A stretch of DNA of 64,000 bases, taken from an uncultured Bdellovibrionales bacterium (GTDB lineage Bacteria > Patescibacteriota > Minisyncoccia > Moranbacterales > UBA1568). Positions 20,333 through 29,296 of this stretch are shown one piece after another. Where the stretch lies: positions 9,424-73,423 of the forward strand of contig CAZIZG010000005.1 in assembly GCA_964543815.1 (NCBI GenBank), read 5' to 3'. The notes below the pieces were generated by a model. It was not told the origin of the DNA, searched no databases, and saw only the letters and a program-made list of their open reading frames with translations. Numbering within the stretch: position 1 is the stretch's first letter; each line of letters opens with the position of its first letter. The position numbers and the translations under genes were made by a program.

Positions 20333-21309
20333 ATACTATGACGATACGACGTCTCTCATCGTATCTTGTTTTAGGGACTCTTTTCTTGGGCACGGTATAT
20401 TTGTGGCATACGGTAATACTGCCTTGTGAGCAACCACTCGAGTATTCCCTGGGGGCTATTGATGGTCGATTTGGTTTGAACGTAGCAGATATTTTACGGG
20501 AGGCAGCGGCTGCCGAGCAACTTTGGGAGCAGGCTGCCGGTAAAGAATTGTTCCGTTATGTTCCTGATGCGGCGTTTAAGATTCATTTTATCTTTGATGA
20601 TCGGCAAGCGCAGACCCTTGAGGGGCATAAACTGGAATCTTCCCTCAAAGACGTTGAAGATTCTCAGGAGACGATTGATCGTAAGCAGCGAGAAATTCTT
20701 GGGGTCTATCAAGCTGAGAGTGCTCTGTATGAGCGTGATATTATTGCCTATAAGCGACAATTAGATGCTTATAATGAGGAAGTGGAAAAATGGAATCGAA
20801 GCGGAGGGGCGCCATCTGAAGAGTATGATCGATTAGAGCGGGTATCAAAGGAGTTGTCACGATCGCTTCAGGCACTAGAGGCTAAGCGACAAAAGGTCAA
20901 TCGACTTGCTCAATCAGTCAATGCTTTTTCCAAGCAAAAAGTAGCACTTGTTGAGGAGTATAATGCTCAAGTGGAGCAATTTGTGGGTCGGTATGGTACG
21001 CCGGGAGAATTTGATCAGGGAGAGTACGTTGGTCAGGAGATAAATATCTATCAGTACGAGGATTTTCCTCATTTGCGGGCGGTACTGACCCATGAGTTCG
21101 GGCATGCTCTTGGTCTCGTCCATGGGGCCAATCCTCAGTCGGTTATGTATCACCTCATGAAGGACCAGGATCTTAATCCGCTCACGCTGTCTGATGAGGA
21201 CCAGGCTATGCTCTCCACTCAGTGTGGTCAGACGATTTGGGATGTTATACCCGAGAGACTAAATCTTCTCAGAGAAAGGGTATTTTCGAAAGCTATGGAT
21301 GTGGAGTAA
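20329..21309 (+). CDS. matrixin-like (M10) zinc metalloprotease with internal coiled coil
   Basis: HEFGHALGLVH zinc motif and SVMY Met-turn; N-terminal TM. Confidence 0.85.
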   Translation: MNTMTIRRLSSYLVLGTLFLGTVYLWHTVILPCEQPLEYSLGAIDGRFGLNVADILREAAAAEQLWEQAAGKELFRYVPDAAFKIHFIFDDRQAQTLEGHKLESSLKDVEDSQETIDRKQREILGVYQAESALYERDIIAYKRQLDAYNEEVEKWNRSGGAPSEEYDRLERVSKELSRSLQALEAKRQKVNRLAQSVNAFSKQKVALVEEYNAQVEQFVGRYGTPGEFDQGEYVGQEINIYQYEDFPHLRAVLTHEFGHALGLVHGANPQSVMYHLMKDQDLNPLTLSDEDQAMLSTQCGQTIWDVIPERLNLLRERVFSKAMDVE

Positions 21310-21318
21310 AGTAAAGAT

Positions 21319-22434
21319 ATGAAAATCGCTTTGGTACATGATTATCTGGTGCAGTACGGCGGAGCGGAGCGAGTGCTTCAGGCTTTTACGGAACTTTTTC
21401 CTTACGCGCCGATTTATACGCTTATTCATGATGATGAAGCAATGCGGGGTCAGTTTTCTGACAAACGCATTTACACTTCATTTTTGCAAAAGATGCCGTT
21501 TTCTCGTAAGCGTCACCGGTTTTTCCCGCCGCTTATGCCACTCGCTATCGAGGAATTTGACTTCAGTCAGTATGATATCGTGTTGTCGGACTCGTCGAGT
21601 TATGCCAAGGGTATTATCACTCGGCCTGAGACACTTCATATCTGCTACATGCATACACCGATGCGCTATGCCTGGGATGATTGCCAGAAATATACTCAGG
21701 ATTTTGGTTTTCCGAACGTGATTAAAAAATTGGTGCCGTTTTTTATGAGTCCGATTCGGCTATGGGACAAGGCGAGTGCTGATCGGGTGGATCGCTATCT
21801 TGCCAATTCTCAATTTGTGAGTAAACGTATTCAAAAATATTATCACAAAGATGCGACAGTGATTCATCCGCCCGTCAATGTAGAGAATTTTTATGTTGCC
21901 AAACCAGAGGAACGAAAGCCGTATTTTCTCATGGTGGGGCGACTGATTGCCTACAAACGTCATGACATTGCCATCGAGGCGTTCAATCGTCTTGGTTTGC
22001 CCCTCAAAATTATTGGTCGGGGACCAGAAATGAAGCGGTTACAGAAGTTAGCTGGACCAACCGTAGAATTTCTTGGGCGAGTGCCAGAGGAGGAATTGCC
22101 TCGGTACTATGCTGAGTGTCGGGGATTTGTTTTTCCTCAGGAGGAGGATTTTGGGATCGTGGCGATTGAAGCCATGGCTTCCGGCCGACCGTTGATTGCT
22201 TATCGTGGCGGTGATATTGTTGAGCATATGATAGAGGGTCAGATGGGAGTGTATTTTGACGAACAGACTTCCGATGCCATTGTCGATGCGGTTGCTCGAT
22301 TTGATGAACATCAGTACCATCCTGATTTTATTCGCCAGCAGGCCCTCCGTTTTGACAAAGAGCAGTTTAAAGCTACAATAAAAAACCACGTTGAACAGGC
22401 ACTTCAAGAGCACTTAGCCAAGAGAAATTCATAA
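21319..22434 (+). CDS. glycosyltransferase family 4
   Basis: HDYLVQYGGAERV, EDFGIVAIEAMASG. Confidence 0.92.
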   Translation: MKIALVHDYLVQYGGAERVLQAFTELFPYAPIYTLIHDDEAMRGQFSDKRIYTSFLQKMPFSRKRHRFFPPLMPLAIEEFDFSQYDIVLSDSSSYAKGIITRPETLHICYMHTPMRYAWDDCQKYTQDFGFPNVIKKLVPFFMSPIRLWDKASADRVDRYLANSQFVSKRIQKYYHKDATVIHPPVNVENFYVAKPEERKPYFLMVGRLIAYKRHDIAIEAFNRLGLPLKIIGRGPEMKRLQKLAGPTVEFLGRVPEEELPRYYAECRGFVFPQEEDFGIVAIEAMASGRPLIAYRGGDIVEHMIEGQMGVYFDEQTSDAIVDAVARFDEHQYHPDFIRQQALRFDKEQFKATIKNHVEQALQEHLAKRNS

Positions 22435-22445
22435 TTGACAGGCCT

Positions 22446-23057
22446 ATGGAACTTCGAGAATTACTGGCAGTTTTACGCGGACACAGAAATCAGTACTTAG
22501 GGATTATTCTGGTATTTGTCTTTGTCGCGTGGGTATGGCAGAAGGAACAACCTGTCTCCTACCAGGCTACCCTCCTCATGAATATTGGTCGGGCCGGTGC
22601 GAGTGAAACGACAGACTATACGTATGATAGTTTCTATCGCCTTCAGGCCGATGAGCGGTTCGCTGATACGGTGGTGCGATGGCTCTCTACTCCAAGGGTT
22701 GTTGAAGATATCTATAAGGAGGCTCAGTTGAATAGTGCCTCGCTTGGTATCAAAGATCTCAGCAGAGCTTTTACGGCTGGTCGGCTATCCTCCCAGGTTA
22801 TTTCTGTTCAGTATCGGAGTGAAAATGAGAAACGACTAGAAAATCTCGCTCAGGCTGCAGTTACGGTACTCAATCGTTATACGGATACACTCAACACCAA
22901 CGAACGTGAAAAGAGCTGGTTTGTTATCATTGGGAGCGACCCAGTCATTCGTGATGGAAGGGTCAGTCTTGGCCTGGCACTCATGGTTGGTTTCCTGGTC
23001 GGACTCTTTGTTGGTTTTTGGGTGGTACTCTTCAAACATTACTTTTCTAGGAACTGA
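22446..23057 (+). CDS. Wzz/CapA-like polysaccharide co-polymerase-like membrane protein
   Basis: MELRELL start, N- and C-terminal TM helices, located between glycosyltransferases. Confidence 0.6.
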   Translation: MELRELLAVLRGHRNQYLGIILVFVFVAWVWQKEQPVSYQATLLMNIGRAGASETTDYTYDSFYRLQADERFADTVVRWLSTPRVVEDIYKEAQLNSASLGIKDLSRAFTAGRLSSQVISVQYRSENEKRLENLAQAAVTVLNRYTDTLNTNEREKSWFVIIGSDPVIRDGRVSLGLALMVGFLVGLFVGFWVVLFKHYFSRN

Positions 23058-23062
23058 CTGAC

Positions 23063-24214
23063 ATGCGCATAGGGATAGATATACGGTGTCTTGCGGAGGG
23101 AAAGCGCACAGGAGTCGAAGAATATACCATAGCTCTGCTCCGAGAGCTGTTTGAGCATGACCAGGAAAATGAGTACATACTTTTCTTTAACGCCTGGCGA
23201 CGTACTACCCCAGACTTTACTTGGGTGACACGCTCTCCGAGAGTAACGCTTCGCACGTTTCATTTTCCTAATAAGCTCCTCAATCTTTCTTTGTGGTATT
23301 TTGGCTGGCCCAAGCTCGATCGTTTGATTGGGGGAACGGATATTTTTTTTCTACCAAACCTCAATTTTGCTGCCGTCTCACGTCACACGAAACTCGTGGT
23401 AACGGCTCACGATCTTTCTTTTGAACTGTTTCCGGAAACATTCTCATGGAAGCAGCGTTTTTGGCACTACCTCATCGATTTCCGTCGTCTTACCAGGCAG
23501 GCACATCGGGTGATTGCTGTCTCATGTTCAACGAAGCAGGATTTGATAGCTGAGTATAGGGTGCCAGAGAAAAAGATTGTGATTATTAAAAGTGGTATTG
23601 ATGCTCGCTTTATACCCATGAATCGGAATGATGCCGAACTCATTCGTATCAAAGAACGATATAGGTTACCATATCGCTTCATTTTGTATCTTGGAACCTT
23701 TGAGCCACGCAAAAATATTTTAGCCCTGGTGCGAGCGTATGAGGCGCTCATGCGAACAGGTGGACCGGCCCTGGAGAAGTATGAGCTCGTGCTGGCTGGT
23801 GCGCCTGGATGGAAGTTCCAGGAGCTTCTGGAAGCTTGCCAGTCTTCGCTCTATCACGAAAAAATCCACTTGACAGGTTTTATTGCTGATCAGGACAAGG
23901 TAGGATTATATAATTTGGCGAGTGTTTTTGTCTACCCTTCGTTTTATGAAGGTTTCGGTTTTCCGCCACTTGAAGCCATGGCGTGCGGTATTCCGGCTAT
24001 CACCTCTCATTCCTCTTCGTTGCCGGAAGTGGTTGGCAAAGCGGGTATAACCATTGATCCGTACCAGCCGGATGAACTGTATCAAGCGCTCAAAAGCGTT
24101 TTGGAACAGCCGGAATTGGTACGTGCTCTTGAACAATCTGGACCGAAGCAGGCAGCGCAATTTTCTTGGACCAAGGCGGCTCATGACACACTGGCGCTTT
24201 TTCGTGGCCTCTGA
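23063..24214 (+). CDS. glycosyltransferase family 4
   Basis: GTFEPRKN, YEGFGFPPLEAMACG. Confidence 0.92.
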   Translation: MRIGIDIRCLAEGKRTGVEEYTIALLRELFEHDQENEYILFFNAWRRTTPDFTWVTRSPRVTLRTFHFPNKLLNLSLWYFGWPKLDRLIGGTDIFFLPNLNFAAVSRHTKLVVTAHDLSFELFPETFSWKQRFWHYLIDFRRLTRQAHRVIAVSCSTKQDLIAEYRVPEKKIVIIKSGIDARFIPMNRNDAELIRIKERYRLPYRFILYLGTFEPRKNILALVRAYEALMRTGGPALEKYELVLAGAPGWKFQELLEACQSSLYHEKIHLTGFIADQDKVGLYNLASVFVYPSFYEGFGFPPLEAMACGIPAITSHSSSLPEVVGKAGITIDPYQPDELYQALKSVLEQPELVRALEQSGPKQAAQFSWTKAAHDTLALFRGL

Positions 24215-24309
24215 TTTCCGGGAATACGCCTTGGCTTCTTTGCTTGCCAAATTTAAGGGAAAAACGGTACTATGGAGATACTAATTTGCTTTGTTGTGAA
24301 AGAAATATT

Positions 24310-24972
24310 ATGAACGGATTGATGAAAATTGGCGGAGCAGCCATTTTGGTTATCGGAGCATTTTTTCTTTTCAAATACGGGTTTAGCTCTGATTCTGATG
24401 CGACTGGGTCAATTAATAGTGCGCTTACTGACGTGACAGAGCAGGACTGGGTGAAGGGAAGCGCTGATGCGCCGGTGACGCTCGTTGAATATACGGACTT
24501 TCAGTGCCCGGCTTGCGGCGCCTATTACCCGATAGTAAAACAACTCATAGATGAAAAGAGTGATCAGTTACGATTGGTTGTTAGACAGTATCCGCTCATT
24601 CAAATCCACAAAAATGCTTTGACGGGCGCCAGGGCCTCCGAAGCCGCTGGCAAACAAGGGAAGTTTTGGGAGATGTATGACCTCCTTTTTACTAATCAGG
24701 CAGAGTGGTCCAATGCTGACGATCCGATGAAGAGCATCATTCCTTCTTATGCCGGCCGGATTGGTCTCGATATCGAGCGGTTTCGTAAGGATATGACTGA
24801 CCAGGCCATTGATGACAAGATTACCCATGATCGCAAGACGGGGGACGATCTCAAGATTACGGGGACACCAAGTTTTTTCCTCAATGGCAAGCAGGTTGAA
24901 TTGAAAAATATTCGGAGCTTTGATGATTTCAAAAAAATCGTTGAAAAGGCGATTGCTGACAGTCAAAAGTAA
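24310..24972 (+). CDS. DsbA-family thiol:disulfide oxidoreductase
   Basis: EYTDFQCPAC, GKFWEM, GTPSFFLNG; N-terminal anchor. Confidence 0.9.
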   Translation: MNGLMKIGGAAILVIGAFFLFKYGFSSDSDATGSINSALTDVTEQDWVKGSADAPVTLVEYTDFQCPACGAYYPIVKQLIDEKSDQLRLVVRQYPLIQIHKNALTGARASEAAGKQGKFWEMYDLLFTNQAEWSNADDPMKSIIPSYAGRIGLDIERFRKDMTDQAIDDKITHDRKTGDDLKITGTPSFFLNGKQVELKNIRSFDDFKKIVEKAIADSQK

Positions 24973-25064
24973 GTACCTTGTCAGGTTTTTCGCTCACGAT
25001 ATACTGGAAAGGCACAGATTTGTGCCAGTTTATAGCTAAATCGTGACTGGCTAAAAATAAAAAT

Positions 25065-26438
25065 ATGGGGCTGCGGGATAAAAAAAGGAAATCGATATCG
25101 TCAGTTTTGTTGGCGAGCTTGTCTTTTGTGATGTTGGCTGGAGCAGCTTTGTTTGTCACCGCTCATACGCAGTCTTGGGTGCCGGTTTCATTGGCTAAAG
25201 GGGATGACAACGGGGATGATGGTGATGACGACGGAGGCGATGATGGTGATAGCAAGGATGATAAAGAGAAGGAGAGCGAAAAAAAGAAATCAGAGGCTGA
25301 CAAGAAAGCCAAAGAGGAGGCAAAGAAGAAGGCTGAACGAGAGTCTGAAGCTGCCAAAAAGTCGGCTGAACAAATGCGGAAGTCTTCAGGAAGTGGAAAC
25401 GAGGCGGAAAACGAATCTGACGATATCAATGATGATCATGGTATCGAGGTTGAGGATGAGGACGAGAATGAGAGTGGCGATGATAACGGAATGTTTAAGG
25501 ATCGCACCAAGACTCTTTCTAAACTTGATGAAGAGTTAGCGAAAGCTGAAAAGGAAATTCTTGAGAAGCAGGCCGAGGGTGTTGATGTAACAGCCGCTCT
25601 TGCTCGATTGGCTGAGGCCAAGGCGAAAGCTGGTACAGTCGGCGCTGCTTTTGACGCCAATGACTTGGCAGCAGTGAAGGATCTTGGCCAAGAAGTGAAG
25701 AAACTTGCTCATTTTGCCAGTCACGACGATCTTCATGATGCCAAAAAGGTCGCGGAGAATGTAGCGCGTGTAGCGAAGCGCATCGCTCAAACAACCGGAA
25801 AAATATCGCTTCTTGAAGCGGTCGGAGGTGATGGTTCAGCATTTAAGGCTTCCTTGGCAACGCTCGAGACGGAATACGCCGGGCTCAAAGAAACCGTCAC
25901 AGCCGGGAGTTATGATGTGGTAGCTATGGAAGCTTCACTTCGTACCCTTGAGCGCAAGGTGAAGGCTGTTAAGAGTAGTGTTGAAGCCGCTATCTATGCC
26001 CTGGGTGGTACTGATAGTAAATACGATGATGATTATGAGGATGAGTCTCATGACGTGGCGGAGCATTTAAATGATGTGGCGGAGATCGAGGATGATCATG
26101 TCGGCTTGGTTATCCATGGCATTGCCGAGGATCACAAGAGTTCTGCCAAAAAGGTTGGAGAGGTGGTTACTAAGATTGACAATCGTAACCCGGTACTGCA
26201 GACACTTCTTGGTTCGAGCAGTAGTGATTTGAACGAGCTTGAGCAGGAGATTGCTGCTAATAAGTCACGGGTTGAGATGTTGACTCAGGCAGCGAACTCC
26301 GTGTCAGACCCGGATGTTCAGACAATGCTGTTTGACCAGATAGAGACCCTCAAAGAACAGACTGCCAAGCTCGAAACATTTGTAGAAGGTCAGCGTGACC
26401 GCCTCAGCGTCCTTGGTTGGTTCTTTAAGTTGTTCTAA
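25065..26438 (+). CDS. exported acidic coiled-coil protein
   Basis: N-terminal hydrophobic segment, D/G and K/E low-complexity tracts, long helical region. Confidence 0.75.
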   Translation: MGLRDKKRKSISSVLLASLSFVMLAGAALFVTAHTQSWVPVSLAKGDDNGDDGDDDGGDDGDSKDDKEKESEKKKSEADKKAKEEAKKKAERESEAAKKSAEQMRKSSGSGNEAENESDDINDDHGIEVEDEDENESGDDNGMFKDRTKTLSKLDEELAKAEKEILEKQAEGVDVTAALARLAEAKAKAGTVGAAFDANDLAAVKDLGQEVKKLAHFASHDDLHDAKKVAENVARVAKRIAQTTGKISLLEAVGGDGSAFKASLATLETEYAGLKETVTAGSYDVVAMEASLRTLERKVKAVKSSVEAAIYALGGTDSKYDDDYEDESHDVAEHLNDVAEIEDDHVGLVIHGIAEDHKSSAKKVGEVVTKIDNRNPVLQTLLGSSSSDLNELEQEIAANKSRVEMLTQAANSVSDPDVQTMLFDQIETLKEQTAKLETFVEGQRDRLSVLGWFFKLF

Positions 26439-26452
26439 AGGAAGTCTGCTAA

Positions 26453-26486
26453 AAAAGAAAAGAGAGCTCGAGCTCTCTTTTCTTTT
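26453..26486. repeat. perfect 34-bp spacerless palindrome (probable terminator)
   Basis: AAAAGAAAAGAGAGCTC|GAGCTCTCTTTTCTTTT. Confidence 0.8.
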
Positions 26487-26551
26487 CGTACAGTCGTTTT
26501 CATGGTAAAATTTGTTTACATTGAAGTGGTAACCCGCCATTTTTTGTTTCT

Positions 26552-26977
26552 ATGGATAGAAAATCAGAGCTGATATCTTGGATATTTTTTGTGGTATCAG
26601 CTTTCGTAATTGTGACTCTTTTTTCAAAATTTTATATATTAAGAGATTATACTTTGCGAAGTGAGGTTGCGTGTAATCCCCAATCGGAAGTTTGTTTTAT
26701 TCGGTCTTGCTCTGAAGACTGTGAGGAAGAAGCTAGCCCCGAATATTATAAGATTCGAATGATTCATGCTAGTGATGTGCCGTTATGTGATCCACATGTG
26801 GAGGAGTGCGCTCAAATCGATTGTAAGTCAGTGATTTCATGTGAAGAGCAATATTGCACTGAAGAATCTGTTCCGGAAGGCGAATCTTGTAGCGCAATTG
26901 AAAACTTTTTGATTGAGGAATCAGAGGGTGATACGGAGGAAGTGATGGAAATAAATGATAATCCCGAAGAAGAATAG
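26552..26977 (+). CDS. membrane-anchored Cys-rich acidic protein
   Basis: one TM followed by a domain with 10 Cys. Confidence 0.75.
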   Translation: MDRKSELISWIFFVVSAFVIVTLFSKFYILRDYTLRSEVACNPQSEVCFIRSCSEDCEEEASPEYYKIRMIHASDVPLCDPHVEECAQIDCKSVISCEEQYCTEESVPEGESCSAIENFLIEESEGDTEEVMEINDNPEEE

Positions 26978-26981
26978 TGTT

Positions 26982-28277
26982 ATGAGGGTGTTGTTTATTT
27001 CTGAAGAATTAGGAGCTGCTGAACTGGCTCTAAAGCTTAAGAGTGAAGGAAATGATGTTAAGCTTTATATCCACCTTGATGAGTTGAGGGATTGTTTGAA
27101 TGGTCTAATCGAAAAGACTGATCACTGGAAAAATGAGCTAAATTGGGTTGGGAAGGATGGACTTATTGTTTTTGATGATGTTGGCTATGGTATTGAACAA
27201 GATCAATTACGAAAAGATGGTTATAGAGTGGTTGGTGGTAGTGCGGCTGGCGATAGAATAGAAGAAGACAGGGAATATGGCCAGACTATTCTTCGTCAGT
27301 GTGGTATTCAGACCCTTCCTTGTCATAATTTTGAAAATGCGGATGAAGCCATCGTTTTCGTCAAAGACCACATGAATGATTTGTGGGTTGTGAAGAAGAA
27401 TGGTGGTCATATTAGTCACTATTGCTATGTTCCTGATGATAAGAGTGCTAATCGTGACACGATTGGTTTACTTGAACGATACTCTGCACTTGGCTTCAAA
27501 AATATTAATCTTCAGAAGAAAGCTCAAGGGGTTGAAATTGGTATTGGTAGGTATTTCAATGGAAATGATTGGGTCGGGCCAATTGAAATAAATATCGAGC
27601 ACAAAGGGCTGTTTCCTGGTGATGTTGGTCCGAAAACGCCTGAGATGGGGACATTAATTTGGTATGAAAAAGATGAAAATAGCCGACTCTTTATTGAAAC
27701 CCTGGGTAAGATGAAGGAATATCTTCACTCGATTGATTTTAGGGGTGATATAGACTTGAGCTGCTTTGTCTCGGAGCAGGAAATTTGGCCGTTAGAATTT
27801 ACGGCGCGTTTTGGGAATCCCGCGACTGCTTTACAGATCGAGTTGCAAAATTCTCCGTGGACCGAATTTCTCTCAGCGTTGGCTGATGGAGTCTCGTATG
27901 ATCTGGATTGCAAGGAGGGTGTTGGTGTTGTCGTGACATTGGCTGTGCCGCCTTTTCCGTACTATTTTACCCAGCCTTCCTCTGAAAGTTCGGTCGGTTT
28001 TCCCGTTGTTTTCTCAGACACATTATCACGGGAAGATATGCAGCACTATTATTTCGAAGAGATAAACAGAATTGATAGTTTTGGTTATTCAGTGGCTGGT
28101 GCCAGGGGATGTGTTATGCATGTTGGTGCAGTAGGAGAAAACATCAAAAAAGCAAGGGATTTGGTGTATGAGCGCATTGGCAAGGTTCATATTCCTAAGA
28201 TGTTCTATCGAGATGATATTGGCTTGGATTTTGAAAAGCGAGGAAGAGAATTATTGAAAAAATGGAATTGGATTTGA
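26982..28277 (+). CDS. PurD-like ATP-grasp ligase (divergent)
   Basis: EHKGLFPGDVGPKTPEMG and EFTARFGNP resemble PurD GDTGPNTGGMG and EFNARFGDP; C-terminal YRDDIG; canonical GSGGREHA N-terminus is absent. Confidence 0.75.
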   Translation: MRVLFISEELGAAELALKLKSEGNDVKLYIHLDELRDCLNGLIEKTDHWKNELNWVGKDGLIVFDDVGYGIEQDQLRKDGYRVVGGSAAGDRIEEDREYGQTILRQCGIQTLPCHNFENADEAIVFVKDHMNDLWVVKKNGGHISHYCYVPDDKSANRDTIGLLERYSALGFKNINLQKKAQGVEIGIGRYFNGNDWVGPIEINIEHKGLFPGDVGPKTPEMGTLIWYEKDENSRLFIETLGKMKEYLHSIDFRGDIDLSCFVSEQEIWPLEFTARFGNPATALQIELQNSPWTEFLSALADGVSYDLDCKEGVGVVVTLAVPPFPYYFTQPSSESSVGFPVVFSDTLSREDMQHYYFEEINRIDSFGYSVAGARGCVMHVGAVGENIKKARDLVYERIGKVHIPKMFYRDDIGLDFEKRGRELLKKWNWI

Positions 28278-28298
28278 ATATTTTTTGACTAAATATTT

Positions 28299-29237
28299 AT
28301 GTTAGAAAATTGGCTTCTCGTGGCATTCATTGCGCCGATGCTGTGGTCTTTAGTCAATTTGATTGATGTGTATTTTGTGAATGATGTCTATCGGGATGAA
28401 TATGATGGAGCAATTATTTCTGGCCTTTTTCCGATATTGCCTTGGACTCTGGTATTGTTTGGAGTCGTAGCCTTTAATTTTCCAGATACTGGATGGATGT
28501 GGTTTCTCACGGGAGGGGCACTTTTTCTGTTCGCAAACTTTTTTTACTTTAAAAGTCTTTTCCGAAATAATGACGCGGCATTGGTACAGATTTTTTGGAA
28601 CTTAACCGTCCCATTTACCTTGTTGTTTTCCTGGTTTTTTTTTCAAGAGAGTCTAAATCTTAAAGAGTATATTGGTATTGCTATTGTTTTAATCGGAGTA
28701 ATATACCTTTCGCTACAGGAGAAGGGGGATGAGTGGAAAATAAAGGATGTGTTAAAAAATATTATCCCAGCTTCTGTTTTGCTTGCTTCTAGTCTCGTTT
28801 GCACGAACTATGCCTATGAATCATCAGAGGTGCATTTTTTTGATGGGTATCTGGTGTTCGCCTCTGGTATGGTTCTAGGTGCTCTCGCACTTAATCTTTT
28901 TGATAAAACAAGTCTTAAAAATCGCTTTTCTCAAATTACCGTACTGACTAAGAAATATTTTCTGGTATTTTTTGCAGCTGAGCTTTTGGCTCTTGTAGGA
29001 ACAATCACCTCTCAAAGGGCTCTAGATCTTAGTCCTTCAGCGTCCTTTGTTGCCACTATTGAAAGCCTAAGCCCAGTTTTCGTTATGTTTTTCAGTCTCG
29101 TTATTGTGGTTTTGGGAAGAACATTGATTCGTGATTTTTCTGTGAGTGAATCTTTATACAACGCCCAATTTAGAGCTTTGAAAAAAAAATTTTTTGCAGT
29201 CACTACTATTGCTATTGGGATTTTTCTAGTGAGCTAG
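28299..29237 (+). CDS. EamA/DMT family transporter
   Basis: about 10 TM segments in two repeats; FFQESL...YIGIAIVLIG signature. Confidence 0.75.
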   Translation: MLENWLLVAFIAPMLWSLVNLIDVYFVNDVYRDEYDGAIISGLFPILPWTLVLFGVVAFNFPDTGWMWFLTGGALFLFANFFYFKSLFRNNDAALVQIFWNLTVPFTLLFSWFFFQESLNLKEYIGIAIVLIGVIYLSLQEKGDEWKIKDVLKNIIPASVLLASSLVCTNYAYESSEVHFFDGYLVFASGMVLGALALNLFDKTSLKNRFSQITVLTKKYFLVFFAAELLALVGTITSQRALDLSPSASFVATIESLSPVFVMFFSLVIVVLGRTLIRDFSVSESLYNAQFRALKKKFFAVTTIAIGIFLVS

Positions 29238-29296
29238 ACATTTCTCCTGTGCTACAATGTAAGCATTGTTAGGGGATTTCTATTAAAAAAGTACCT

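Noticed and set aside
25199-25490. GAT/GAC-rich quasi-repeats
   Set aside because: They encode low-complexity Asp/Gly/Glu protein segments, not a DNA repeat array.
26982-28277. Calling this gene canonical purD
   Set aside because: It lacks the N-terminal GSGGREHA motif and any pur context, so it is left as PurD-like.
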